Under the pieces are notes generated by a model. It saw only the letters and a program-made list of their open reading frames with translations, made no database searches and was not told the DNA's origin. The position numbers and the translations under genes were made by a program. A stretch of 64,000 nucleotides of DNA from Batkoa obscura (lineage: Eukaryota): the NCBI GenBank assembly GCA_030770535.1, contig JASVEC010000029.1, positions 124,001 through 188,000 on the forward strand, in the 5' to 3' direction. This document shows positions 51,100 to 63,733 of the stretch, piece after piece. The number at the start of each line of letters is the position of its first letter. Positions within the stretch are counted from its first letter, which is position 1.

Positions 51100-52243
51100 A
51101 TATAAAGTTTTAGATTAAAATTGCAGTATTAGGCAGTATATGAGTGTGGTTTTTTACATAAAATTTTTACTAACAGTTTTATCGTTTCAATATTTTATCT
51201 ACTTTTTACATTTATTGTGAACTTAAAAAACTTAGTTAAATTCTTAAATAAAAGCACGCCTGCAAATTAATTCAACGAATTTACAATCATCAAATTAGTG
51301 ATGCATCCTTTTACTTTTTATCAAGCTATTATGAAACACTTAAAATACAGTGATGTCCATAAATTATCGTTGTTTTACTACCCCCAATTTTATATTAAAA
51401 CTTTCACTGTTTTAGAGGATCAGATGTAATCTTTTTATATTAATGGTAACTAACATTAACTGCGTTGGGAACTAATATAAGTTTCCCGGTCATTTTTTTA
51501 AATTGCGCTGGTGCTTTTGGGACATCTATAAGTAGGATAAATATTAGTTTAAGTTGAGTTTATAATATAATATTTAAATTCATGGCATAATGGTTTGTTT
51601 TACCCCATTCTATCTTTCTTTATGCATTAATTTTATTTAACTTCGGTTTTGAAATAATATATTTTCAATAATAATAGTTTAATTAAGGTTTATAAGATTG
51701 AAATCTCATATAATTAATAGTTATATTTTGTACTCACTTATTATTTTTGAGAGTTTTATTTGAAATATTTTGCAGATTAAATAAAGTAACTGTTTTTCTA
51801 AAGCATATTCGAATTTGATTTAAAACCAAAATTTTCAGAGCATGTATTCAGCTCAGAATTTATTCTTTAAGATATAGATTATGCCTATACAGTTTATAAT
51901 TTATACTGAGAAACTGTTAAAACCATAAATTTCAAGTTTTACTTATAACCTGTTTGGTTAATCCATGACTTAATAGAGGTTTTAAAAAAAAATAAACAAG
52001 TAATTCCATATGGAACATTTAAAAAGTACTCTTTCATGTGGTATATTTATCAGATATTTTTCTTTATTTGCAACATTACTGCTCTAATTAGATGATGCTT
52101 AATCCCTGTTATATCACGTTACACCAGTTTAGGCGAAATGATTCGGAACACTTATGATTGGTTGCATGTAAGGTCACTTTAAAGGTGAGGAGAACTATAA
52201 ATAGGATCAAATGCATAGATTTAGTATTAAGTTTTTTCATAAA

Positions 52244-52804
52244 ATGGGATTGACAGATTGGTTTAAAAATAGTTATATCGCAACACACCTTGAAGTAGGT
52301 AAATACACCAAAAGGAGGTCTACTAACAGAAGCAACAGTATGTCAGATGCTGAAGTAATCATGAATTATATTCAAAAGGAAGTACTTACGGAACAATACA
52401 CCAGATCTACAAATCCAGCTAAGAAATCCACAAAGAAAAATAAACTAAATAAAACTCAGAAGGCTGAACGAGATCTCAAAGCTATTGAGGATTACATTGG
52501 TATAAAGCTGTTTACACCTAAAGCCGCACCTCCCAAGGAAGCAAGGCCCAAAGCAAGCGCCACTGCTACTAGTTATTCTAACTCTAGCAACCAAAGCGAA
52601 TTTTTCCAAGATAACTTTGTTGACACCCATCGCCGTAGTCTGGACGATGTTAGTACCTATGGGTTAACAAAGAGGCAAGGATTCAATGATAAAATAAAGG
52701 AATCCGATTTTGAACTAGGATCTTCGAGAGATCCATTTGATGTTGAGTTTGTTGATTTGGACTCTTACTTTGAAAATAATCAAGGAGCTTATCACGGTAA
52801 ATAA
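52244..52804 (+). CDS. hypothetical protein (~186 aa, intronless)
   Basis: Long ORF with higher GC than its flanks. TATAAATA at ~52196 lies too close to the ATG at 52211, so the second ATG (AAAATGG; MGLTDWF...) is preferred. Confidence 0.65.
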   Translation: MGLTDWFKNSYIATHLEVGKYTKRRSTNRSNSMSDAEVIMNYIQKEVLTEQYTRSTNPAKKSTKKNKLNKTQKAERDLKAIEDYIGIKLFTPKAAPPKEARPKASATATSYSNSSNQSEFFQDNFVDTHRRSLDDVSTYGLTKRQGFNDKIKESDFELGSSRDPFDVEFVDLDSYFENNQGAYHGK

Positions 52805-54227
52805 TCATCGTTACCTGGATCTACATTGAACTTGTAGTATATGGATCAATCTCAATATGGTATTAATTTAATCACTTTTTACTCCAAATAAATTTCTTGT
52901 TTTTATTTAACTTCATAAGATATTATCATAAGAATAGCTTATCAACAAAATTGATTTGCTGATTTTATAATTATAGCCAATAGTATCTAGGCTTTACTAT
53001 ATCATTTTTTAAATTTTTCATAAAATTATGCCACCGAAAAAGATGGAACATAAAGACAAAGAATATTCCAGTTTAATAGTTTTTTTTGCTATATTTGTAT
53101 TGTGAAGCAATTCGTGGTTATTTAGAGTATTTTGAATATATGCGATACACATTAAAATTCGTTATTGAATCTTATATTTGATAAATTCATTACATTTTTT
53201 CTTACAAATTACAAGTTAAATTCCTTCGAATGGTCTACCACACTTTATTAACTTTTATATATTAATTTATTATTGAACCTATATTTAAAATAAACATGAG
53301 AGTATTTTTTTGACTATTACTTTAGCTAATAATTTATTTAAATTTTAAGCTTAAGAAATGGAAAAAGAACAAAAGAAAAACGGTACTCAAATACATTAAC
53401 TGCCTATTATTAAAAAATACATAATAAAAATATACTGATAAATAAATATAAATGCTTTAGTACAAAAATGCCATTGAAATAAACTACTATAATTTTCAAG
53501 ATACAAACAACAACAAGGGTATCAAGTTTTGATCGAAATAAATAGATAAAAGTACTTTTCCTTTCATTATGCTGTTTATTCATGCAAAATAAAAATTCTT
53601 AAACAAAAAAATACATCCCTATATGATAATAAGATTTAATATATATATAGGAGGAAATCAAATAAACTAGCTCTTCGGGAAAATTCAATCTCACTGATAA
53701 TACGTTTAATTTTTTTAATAAAGTAAGCTACAATACTATAAGTATTTCTCAAATTTTGTATTGGATAGAAAATAATCGAAACGTTAAAGCAAAAAAACAA
53801 CTTGTTAATTTTGTAAAATTTAATCTTAAATCAAACTACAAAATTTTATCAATCTTATCAGTTTTTAAGCTTTTTAACATTAAAGTTACAATATTCTAAA
53901 TGAATCAATCTTTTTAATTTTTATATATTTATAAATAACTATTTAGTTTTTTAATATTTTTTGATATTTGGATAATGTTAAATAATTTATAAAAAATGTT
54001 TTAGTAGTTTTAGATTTTTATTTAAATATAATTATAACTTCGATAAAAACATGTTTTAAAAAATAAAATAGTATATAATAAGCTATAAACTATATAATAC
54101 AAATGAAATAAAAAATATTGTTACAAAATTTATACAAAATATTATAAAGTTTAATAGCTTTATTAAAAAGTATAACATTAAAAAATAATGTAATAATCGA
54201 ATAAATTACATTAAATAAATAATATAT

Positions 54228-54326
54228 GTAGGTGTTTTTTTTGGTTTCATCACTTTTTCCATTTTTTAAGCGCTATTTGAGTGGAAAGATTGTTAGTAAA
54301 ATTCTTAAACAAAAAAATACATCCTC
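54228..54326 (-). mobile_element. MITE family A
   Basis: TSD ATAT/ATAT. Confidence 0.85.
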
Positions 54327-54454
54327 ATATTATTAATAAATTATATAAAAATAAATAAAAATAAAAACAATTAAGAAATAAAGTAAGTTTATTAACTAAT
54401 TATAATAAAATTCAGAAAAAAAAGCTGTTATACTTAAAAAACTACATTTTATAT

Positions 54455-54551
54455 GAGGATGTATTTTTTTGTTTGAGGATTTTACTAACAATCTTTCCGC
54501 TCAAATAACGCTTAAAAAATGGAAAAAATAATGAAACCAAAAAACATACCC
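54455..54551 (+). mobile_element. MITE family A
   Basis: GAGGATGT...CATACCC; TSD ATAT/ATAT. Confidence 0.85.
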
Positions 54552-54643
54552 ATATACAAGGGAATAAAATAATAATTACAATTTTTGATTATAGTTATTA
54601 AATATAAATATTAAAATATAAAGATAGTGTTTTTTATAATTAA

Positions 54644-55184
54644 TGTGAAATATTGCTTCATCGGCTCTATAATTGATTATCACACAATAATCACTTAACT
54701 TGTTTACAAAACCAGTTATAGCCTTGTACTTAATTTGATCGTGATTCATGTGGTACAATCAATCCAAAGCTCCTCATTTAGATTTGCTGTAAGAATTCAT
54801 ACCGTCTAATCATAAAGAACTTATTGCCCACGTTTCAATGTTCATACTTAGCAACTATAATAAGAAATAGTTATTATTATGTTCCCTATATATAGCCAAA
54901 CAGTTGGAGTATAAAAGAGATTTTTCAACATGATAACTCGAAGCTTTTTAACTGAATTACTCCCTGATATCGTACCATTAATAAAGCCACTAAATCTTAT
55001 AGTATTTTACGTAAATTTTACAGTATCTTCTATTGTATTTGTTTACATAGTTCGCAGCTTATTACGTACCATTCCTATTAGTTTAAGTATATCTTAGTTA
55101 CATAAACTAAGACCTTTCGACTTTCGGCCAGTTAATCAAGCTAGAATTGCTTTTAACTCTAACCGCTGAGTACCAACTTTCACA
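54644..55184 (-). mobile_element. solo LTR, copy 3 of 3 (longer variant)
   Basis: TGTGAAA...TTTCACA; TSD TTAA/TTAA; about 60-70 extra bp near 54690-54765. Confidence 0.8.
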
Positions 55185-58100
55185 TTAAATAATTAATATT
55201 TTAATTTATAAATATCAATATAGCTTATTATAAAATTAATTAAATATATAGCTCAAACAGATTTTTATTATTCTAGTTTTGTTTTTTATTATTATCAATG
55301 CTGTTGTATTTATTTTGGTTAGTTTTTCTAATAAAAATAGTATAATTTTAATTTAAAGTAATAATCTATTAAACTTAAAACTAGTAATTATTCAACTAGT
55401 TAATTAAATAAAGTTAAACAAAGTAAGTAATTATAAGAAAAAAAAAGAAGAAACTGAAGATGCAAATAAAAAAGTAAAAATAAAGCTGAGGGAGGAAGCT
55501 GATAAAAAATAGCAATTAAAAAAAAAAAGATCAAGTATACAATGTGATGAAAAATCTAACAGGAAAAAACTAATTAAGCCTAGATTTATAACATTTGAAT
55601 TTATACATGTATTATATAAATTTACATATGCCTTAACTAAATCTAAAGCTGGATTTTTTAAATTAAGTAAAATAGGTAACAGTAAACTAAATAAAGGAGG
55701 TAAAAGGGATAATAACAAAAGTCAAACTAAATTTAAGGATAATAAAGGTTTTAAAAATAAAAAAATTAAACAAAACTAAGTAAGCTGCTTTTTAAATAAA
55801 AAGAATTTAGTGTTTATTACTTCTAGAAATTTTAATTAAACAAAAATAATGTAAAAAGCGGTATACTATTTAATATGTGTCTTTTGGTATTTATTTTATA
55901 GTTAATAATTCTCGATGCTGATATATTTACGAATGGTATATTTATTAATATAAAAATAATTAGTTAATACTTTGTATTAATAAGCTATTATTTTTTAAAA
56001 TTAATATTACATCGAAGTATGGCTTTAATTTTATCATATGTACTTAAGCCCTTTGATTAAATAATAATTTAATATCATAATGTATATAGTATACAAAGAG
56101 AAAAGGGATTATGCAATCACCTAAAATATAGATTGTTATAAAGCTATAATTTGTTTTTGTATAATTTTAAAAAGTAGTTGATGTTTTTATAATAACATTA
56201 CTTTACTTAATGCAATAGATGCTTTAAAAATAGAACTCGAATTATTTCCTCATTTGCAATATTGTTTTTGATTACTAACTCCTACTTACTAAAGGATAAT
56301 TATATAATATTAAAAGGAAGTCTATTTATTTATTAAAAAAAAGTTGTTTCATTACAAAATGATTTAAAGCAAATTTACTTTTTATTGTTCTTATAAATCA
56401 AACTACTAAAACAAAATTATTTAAAAAATACAATAAAATAAAAACTATATCTTAATTCTTTATTTATAAATCATTTATAAAATATTAACATTAAACAAAA
56501 TAAAAATAAAAAATGTTAATTCCAAACAACTTAAGGTTAGGGATATAAACTTTTTTAAGTTAAATGGGTGACTTCTCCTTAAAATATTTTGACATCATAC
56601 TGCGGCGTTTTATATAGGTTTTATTCTTGAGCAATAGAATGTCTATTTTTTTAAAAACTTGAAACTTTTTTGTAAGTCAAAAAATGCTTTATCAAAACTA
56701 AGATGACAAAGTAGGCGGTATTATGAATAAAGTTTAGAAAAATACAAATATTGACTAAAAATAGTAGAATTAATTGAATGTAGTGATAGGCGGATTTAGT
56801 ATAAATTAAAGTTTTATTAGAAACTCCATCCATCCTCTCTATTCTTTTAGTAATTTGAAATTCGTGGTGCCCAATACGACTTTATTGATTTTAAGTGCAT
56901 AATCTTTATGCTAAAAGCTAGATCGCCGAATATTATATTTACTTCCTGAAACTAAGGGATGATTCTGGCTTTATTGCTTAATAATTATGGATTGATAGTT
57001 GTAGATTACTGCTAAACTCGACATGTTTAATAAAGATAGTCGATACTTTTGGCTTTTGCTTAATAATATAAAAATAATATGTGTTTTTTTACTACTAAAT
57101 AAACCACAGATACATTTATAAATGTCAAACTAGTTTTATAAGCTTATATTATTAAGCAAATGTTAATTGATGCTTTTAGCTTATCTCATACTTTCCTATC
57201 TAGATTAAAGTGTAAAAGAGATATTTTTAATATTAAAAATAAATTTATACTAGCTAAATAGAATTAACTAATATGAGCTAATAAAGGTGACTAAGTCAAA
57301 CATAAAGAAAGTATTTATTAGCTATTTCCTATCGTAATTACCTAATTTTAATAATTAACATTGATTAACTTCTTTAATTAAGACCAAAAGTTAAACCAGG
57401 TTAAGGCAAATTACTCCACTTTTTCAATAGTGACTATAAGGCTAATTGCTAATAAATAGTAATAAATTTTACCATTATTAAGGGATAGATACTCCTATTA
57501 AAATTCTAATAAATTAAATAATTCATTAAAGTTATCAGTTCCTCCCTATCACATGGTCAATTAAGATGATTCATTAGTTTTAATTGGTTCAAGGAGATTA
57601 AATATGATTCAATCCCCCAAATCAATCTCAGTTTTATGTTTAAAACAAATTAGCTCATAACTTTCTGACAGTACCAAATTTAGTTAATATCAGCTTTAAT
57701 CTGGATAACTCGAGTTCATTCTTTTATTTTTTAGAAAATTATGAGGTAACGATCTGTATTAATAATTCAGTTATTTTTAGATTTCGTTTATAGCAAATCA
57801 ACAAGCGATCTAAATCTTATTGATCCAATCATAAACTTAAAGAACCAATGAGTCACTTGGCTAAGCACAGAGTGTAATTTTTAAGCAACAAAAGAATAAC
57901 TGAATTAGAGGTTTTTCAATGAGCTTAAGCAAACCAAATTAAGGCATTTTAAAATCCCCACCCCCAATCATTGGCTCAGAACTTATCAAAATCAAGCTGA
58001 AAGGGAAGGGTATAAAACTAAGAAACCAAAAATCACAACTTACAATTCCTTTTTATTTTTTTTAATTTTATTAATTGAAAATCTATTTTAATAGTTTTTT

Positions 58101-58186
58101 ATAAACCACAGTTTCGTTTATTTTTATTAAAACTATATCAGTTCTCTCTCTTTACTTTTATCAATCTACTTTAATTAACTAACATA

Positions 58187-58806
58187 ATGGAAAAAGATAC
58201 TGCTAATAAAATCGAATTCTGCTCCAATGGCTGTGGTTTTTATAGGTAAATTCAATAATCATTTATTTGTATCATAATAATTAACACTTTATATTTAGTA
58301 ACCCATTATTCAATAGTATGTGTTCCAAATGCTACAAGGAACAAAAAAAAGCTGAAGAAAGCAAAAATATGATCAAAGAGTTAGCTACAACTACAACTGC
58401 CAACGTTAGACAAAGTAATTTGGCTTCAACAGTTGCTAAACCAGCTATAGAACATCATGAACTTAAGCCAGCTAATGAACCTATATTTACTGAAGAAAAA
58501 CAACTTACACCTGAAGTTAAACAACCTAACCCTGGTCGTTGTTATCAATGTAAAGCTAAAGTATCATTGATAAAGAGAACTACAAATAAATGTAAATGCA
58601 GTAAGTTTTCAATATAGTATTTTACATAAGGATAAGAATATTAAATAATGTTAATAGAACTTATATTCTGTGATAACCATAGACAACCGGAAAATCATAG
58701 TTGTGAAGTTGATATTGCTAAACAAGATAAAGATGTACTTGCACAACGTAATCCTAAACTTCATTCCAAACCAACAGCGGGAAATTCATTTACACGTATT
58801 GATTAA
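58187..58806 (+). CDS. A20/AN1 zinc-finger stress-associated protein; 3 exons
   Basis: A20 CSNGCGFYS|NPLFNSMCSKCY; AN1 RCYQCKAK...CKC|KLIFCDNHRQPENHSC. Confidence 0.9.
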
Positions 58807-59542
58807 TTAAGATAATGGAATATGTGTTGTACTTTTATTATCTAACTTTTTGTTTTTGCTTTTTATAAATTGAGATTAAAGCCCATTTAAATTTTTTTTA
58901 TCTTTTTTAAGTTTTTTGATTTTCATTTGTTAATTTTTCAAATTAAGCGGGGGGAGATTCGTTTGATTCAGTTGAGCTTTTAGTATCCTATCTTTAACTG
59001 AAATGATAGTATTTATTTCAGTTTAATATATATATAAAATTTAATAGCTATATTAATCAATGAACACAGAATCTATTATTTTTAAAATTTAGATTTTATA
59101 AGATGAAATTTTAATATGGTTTCATAATTTTCATATATTATATTAAAATTTAATTTATAGAAAATTGACTAGGAACGGAGAAATAAAAATAACATTTTAT
59201 TTTAAAATAATTTTAAAATTAAGTTTCATATTAATTCTTTGTTTTACGAGAAATTAAAATAATCAAAATAATTTTTTTTAAAATATTACAATTTATTTTA
59301 TAAATATAATAAAAAATAATACATTGCTAAATTAATAATATTAGTAATCATTTGAAATAGTTTGATATCAAAAAAAAGCACCAAGTAACCACCTCATCAA
59401 TGTAACCACCTCATAAAAAAAAAGCCACAAAAAAAAAAAACAACTAAAATCATTGAAAAAAGTCAACTCAATTAAAAAAATCAAAAACTTAAAAAACCCA
59501 CCATTTAATAAAAACATGAAAAATAGCCTTGATTTACTGGAT

Positions 59543-62500
59543 TTATTTATTCATTTCACTAGCTTTAATAGTCACCACCGATTCCTGATCAGATAACATT
59601 TCTTTTAATGATATTGGACTATTTAAAATCTCTTCTTTCTTTTCACTTATTTTAATTGTATTTTCACTGATATCATCTAATTCAATATCATTTAATTTTT
59701 CTTCTCTCACATCTTCTTTGAATTCATTGTTAACTTGTTCTTCTTCCTTAACTTCATTAATAGTTTTTTGCTTTTTTACATCCTCGTTAACCTCTTCTAC
59801 TTCTTTTTTAACTTCATTAATAATTTGTTGTTCTTTTACATTCTCATTAACTTCTTCTACTTCATTAACTTCTTCCACAATCTCTACTTCTTCTTTTCGA
59901 TCATCAATAATCCCTTGTTTCTCTTTTATATCTTCAATCTCTTTTTCCACTCCTTTGATATTTTCAATAACTCCTTCCTTTTCTATCTCAACTCCCATCT
60001 TCTCTTTATCTTCCCCAATAGTCTCCAGCTCCTTATCCTCCTTTTCCCTACCAATCGATTCTTGTCTAGAGAACACAGCCTCTTTAGCAGTTGAATAAAC
60101 GGAATGATCATCATGAAATAAATTATCTACATTTTTCATTTGTTTACTACAAATTAATAAAGTACCTGCTTTAACATTAGCTATTATATTATTATTATTA
60201 CTATTATTATTATTATTATTATTATTATTAAATGTTAATTGAATTGGAGCTAATGCAGAAGTACAATTTACATTAAAATTGAAAGCAAATAAAGGTGGTT
60301 GTGGATTGGATGATTCAAATAAAGTAGCTATGTGTAATTGTGGATTATTAGTTTCCCATATTAATTCTCTAGTAGATGAATTCCATTCGGGATTTGGAAT
60401 AGATTTAATATCATATGAAGATAATAATTGAGTAGATAATTTAATAAAATTCACTTGTTGTATTATAGGCTTACAAGTAGCTATAAAAGCTAATTTATGT
60501 TGATATTGTGAATCATCTAATGTTTGTTTATGAAATATAGATTTTATAAAAAATGGTAAATTGAGATGAGATGAATTTGTAGTTGATTGTAATTTATATT
60601 TAAATAAAGTAATTTGTTTTTCTTTAATAAAATTTAATGAATCTTTTATAAATTCATAGTTTTCATTATTGAATTTTTGAATTACTTTATTATTATGATA
60701 TAATTGAATTTTTTGTTTTTCATTGAACTTTAGTTGTAATTTATAATTAATTAAATCTTCTAATTGAATTTGATGATTTATTAATACTTGAATTTCTCCA
60801 TTAATTTGCAATTGATTTTCTCCATTACAAGTAATTATACCATCTACAATTTCATTAGAATAAAACTTAATTAATTCTTTTTCAGGTTGATTCTTATTAT
60901 TAAATGAAGTGAATTCTGAAATAGGTCTTAAAGGTTGTGGACTTCTATTAAACCCAAATGAATGATTATCTGATATATTAATTTCAGACATTGGTCTTAT
61001 ATTTTCTTGTTCAAATAATTTAGATCCTTCTAAATTTTTTCTTTCTCTTCGAGTTCTACCTTGACGTTTTGTTACTACTGGTGACATTTTTAATGAATTA
61101 GACATATTAGACATAGCTTTAGCTACATCATTTGGATCTTCTTGAATTACTTCATCTCGAATATCAAATTTTACTTTTTGTAATGTATTATTTTCTTCAT
61201 TTTCAGAATCTGAATTAATATTTAAGCTTTCTTTTTCAATTGACATAGAATCTTTTTTGATTTTTTCATGTGGGGGGATAGTGTACCCTTCTTCATCTAC
61301 TTGGTTTGATTTCTATTAAAATTAATCAATTAACTAATTATAATTTATATTATAAATATTAATTTTACTTGAGAATAAACTTCAGATCCACTTAAACTTA
61401 TTGTTTCAGATGGACTATCTTTTGATGGAGGTTCAAAAGTATTATTGATTGTATTACTTTAAAGTATTAAATATAAATATATAAATATATAAATTATTAT
61501 TATTATTATTATTATTATAATTATAAAATACTTACGCTATATTTAAATTCGAATTTTTCCTAGGTCTTAATATCCAAGAACCAAAACCAGCTAATTAATT
61601 ATTAAATTAAATTAAACTATTATTAACATAAACTTACAATCAATTTTACCAGTTAATTTAAGGGAATTGTTAGAATCTTAAAAATTAAATAATTATCAAT
61701 TAATATTAAATAATTAATATTATAATATAAATTACTATTATTGACTAAATTCAAATCTCTATAGCCAGTAGCGAAATCTAATAATTGTTCCTTGGTATCT
61801 AATGAAGTGATACTTTGCAAGGAATTTTGAGCCATCTAAAATAAAATGAATACCTTATCATAATAATATAATATAATATAATATAATATAATATAATATA
61901 TAAATAATAATTATTCTTAATATTATTAACTTACATTTAAATTATTTTGTAAACTTTCAATTTGAAAATTTTCATAATTACTTAATGCTTTTTTCAAAGT
62001 TTCTAAACGAGATTGATCCACTCTTTCATGTTGCTAAAAAAAATTAACATTAATATTAATATTAACATTATATCCTTCTAAAATAAATTACGTATAATTA
62101 TAATTACCTCATAAAATCTTTTAATTTCTGAATCTAAAGTCACTCGAATTTCTTCTAAAGCTCTAGATAATTCAACAATTTTTTCATCTAAAAAATCAAT
62201 TAAAACACTATTGAATTTTCAATAACTTATAATTTTACTTGTAGTTTCGTTTTTTTTTGATTTACTTTTAATTGATTTTTGTAACTAAATAATTATAAAA
62301 ATTTATAATTAATAAAATACAATATCAACTTTTCTTTTTAAAAACTTACCTTAGCAATCTTAGCACTTTTTTCTTCATATTCTTTTGTAAGTCTCTGTGA
62401 ATTACCTTCAATCTAAAATATTTAAATTTAATAAAAACTTAATAAAACATTCTATTTGTGTATTTACCAATCGAATACTTGATGAGTCTAAGTGAATATT

Positions 62501-63030
62501 TGTAGATTCTCTTACAATTTTGTCCACTTTTTTAGTGATGTTTTGGGATAAAGTTTGATGATTAATTGATATTTCTTCAACTTCTTTTTGTAATTTACTA
62601 AGGATAGAATCCAAATGACTATCATAGTTAATAATTAATATTTTGAATTAATATTTGGGTTTGTATAAAACAAAGGAAGATGACTCACTTAAACATTCCT
62701 TTTTCTGTAATATAACTTTTCTTTGCTAATTTTAATAATTGTTTGGAATATAATTCTTCAATTTGAGCTCTTTATGAATAATAATAATTAAATTAGTTTA
62801 ATTTGATTGTTCATTATTATTAATTTATTGTTTTACCTTTCTCTAAAAAAATCGGATAACTCTTCATCTAATTGTTTACTTTTTTTAACTCTTGCTCCCA
62901 TGATTTCTAACCCAATTTTGGGTTTTTCTTTCTAATAAATCCAAATTAGTATTAGTATATTCTATTAAGATCAATAATAATTAAAATGTGTCTCCTACTA
63001 ACTTACCATGAATGTTTCTACATAACTCAT
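59543..63030 (-). CDS. Syp1/muniscin-like F-BAR protein with a degenerate mu-homology region and Glu-rich tail; many exons
   Basis: MSYVETFM|KEKPKIGLEIMGARVKKSKQLDEELSDFFRER|AQIEELYSKQL (FCH/F-BAR); DEEGYTIPP acidic motif; INGEIQV and IPNPEWNSSTRELIW (muHD-like). Confidence 0.75.
61861..61902. repeat. (ATAAT)n microsatellite in an intron; similar pentamer runs at ~4280-4312 and ~35352-35387
   Basis: Direct reading. Confidence 0.8.
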
Positions 63031-63733
63031 CTTTACTTTACTTTTAATTGATTTGCTTTATCTTCTTATTTAAAATGAATTGTTTTAATCTTTGGAATTT
63101 TTATTTCGTTTTTATATTATCAAATCTTTTTCAGCTGACCTAATTTATAACCATTTGAATTTTCAATAACCTATACAATACTAGTTTTATTGGTCAATAT
63201 TTTATCTAACCAATCATAATATAGAAATTAAGTTGACCAAAAATTTGAACTTTTTTCAGCCACCAAAATTGAATTTTTAAATAAAAATCCAGATTAACTC
63301 AATGACTATCAATATAGTCACCAAAATAATAGCATATTCATTTGATCAAATAGATGGCTAAAACTTTAATTTTTATTTAATAGACAATATAAAATATACT
63401 TTAATAATATTCAATAAAAAATTATATTAAAAAGATTTACTAAAATCATAAAATTTTTATTTTTATATTAAATATTTCTTCAAATAATAATAATTATTAA
63501 AATGAATACAATATTAATAAAATTGAAGCTTCATTTTAAAAATAATAACAAAATAATAATTAAAAAAATCGTCTAAATAATCATTTAATTCTATATTTCT
63601 ATATTTCTATATAATAAAAAACAATTGATAAGTCAATATCGTTATCGTAACCACTAGTTCAATATCAACTTATTCGCATAAATAACACTTTCATATATTA
63701 AAAATATAACAAAAATTAATCACAATTCCCACT

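Noticed and set aside
503..54551. The 98-bp repeat as a CRISPR array, REP element or RNA gene
   Set aside because: It is dispersed in both orientations with TIRs and TSDs, has no regular spacers or cas genes, and sits in an intron-rich eukaryotic context.
59718..60098. Plus-strand ORFs 59718..60098 and 59735..60094
   Set aside because: Antisense shadows of the Glu/Lys-rich tail of the Syp1-like gene.
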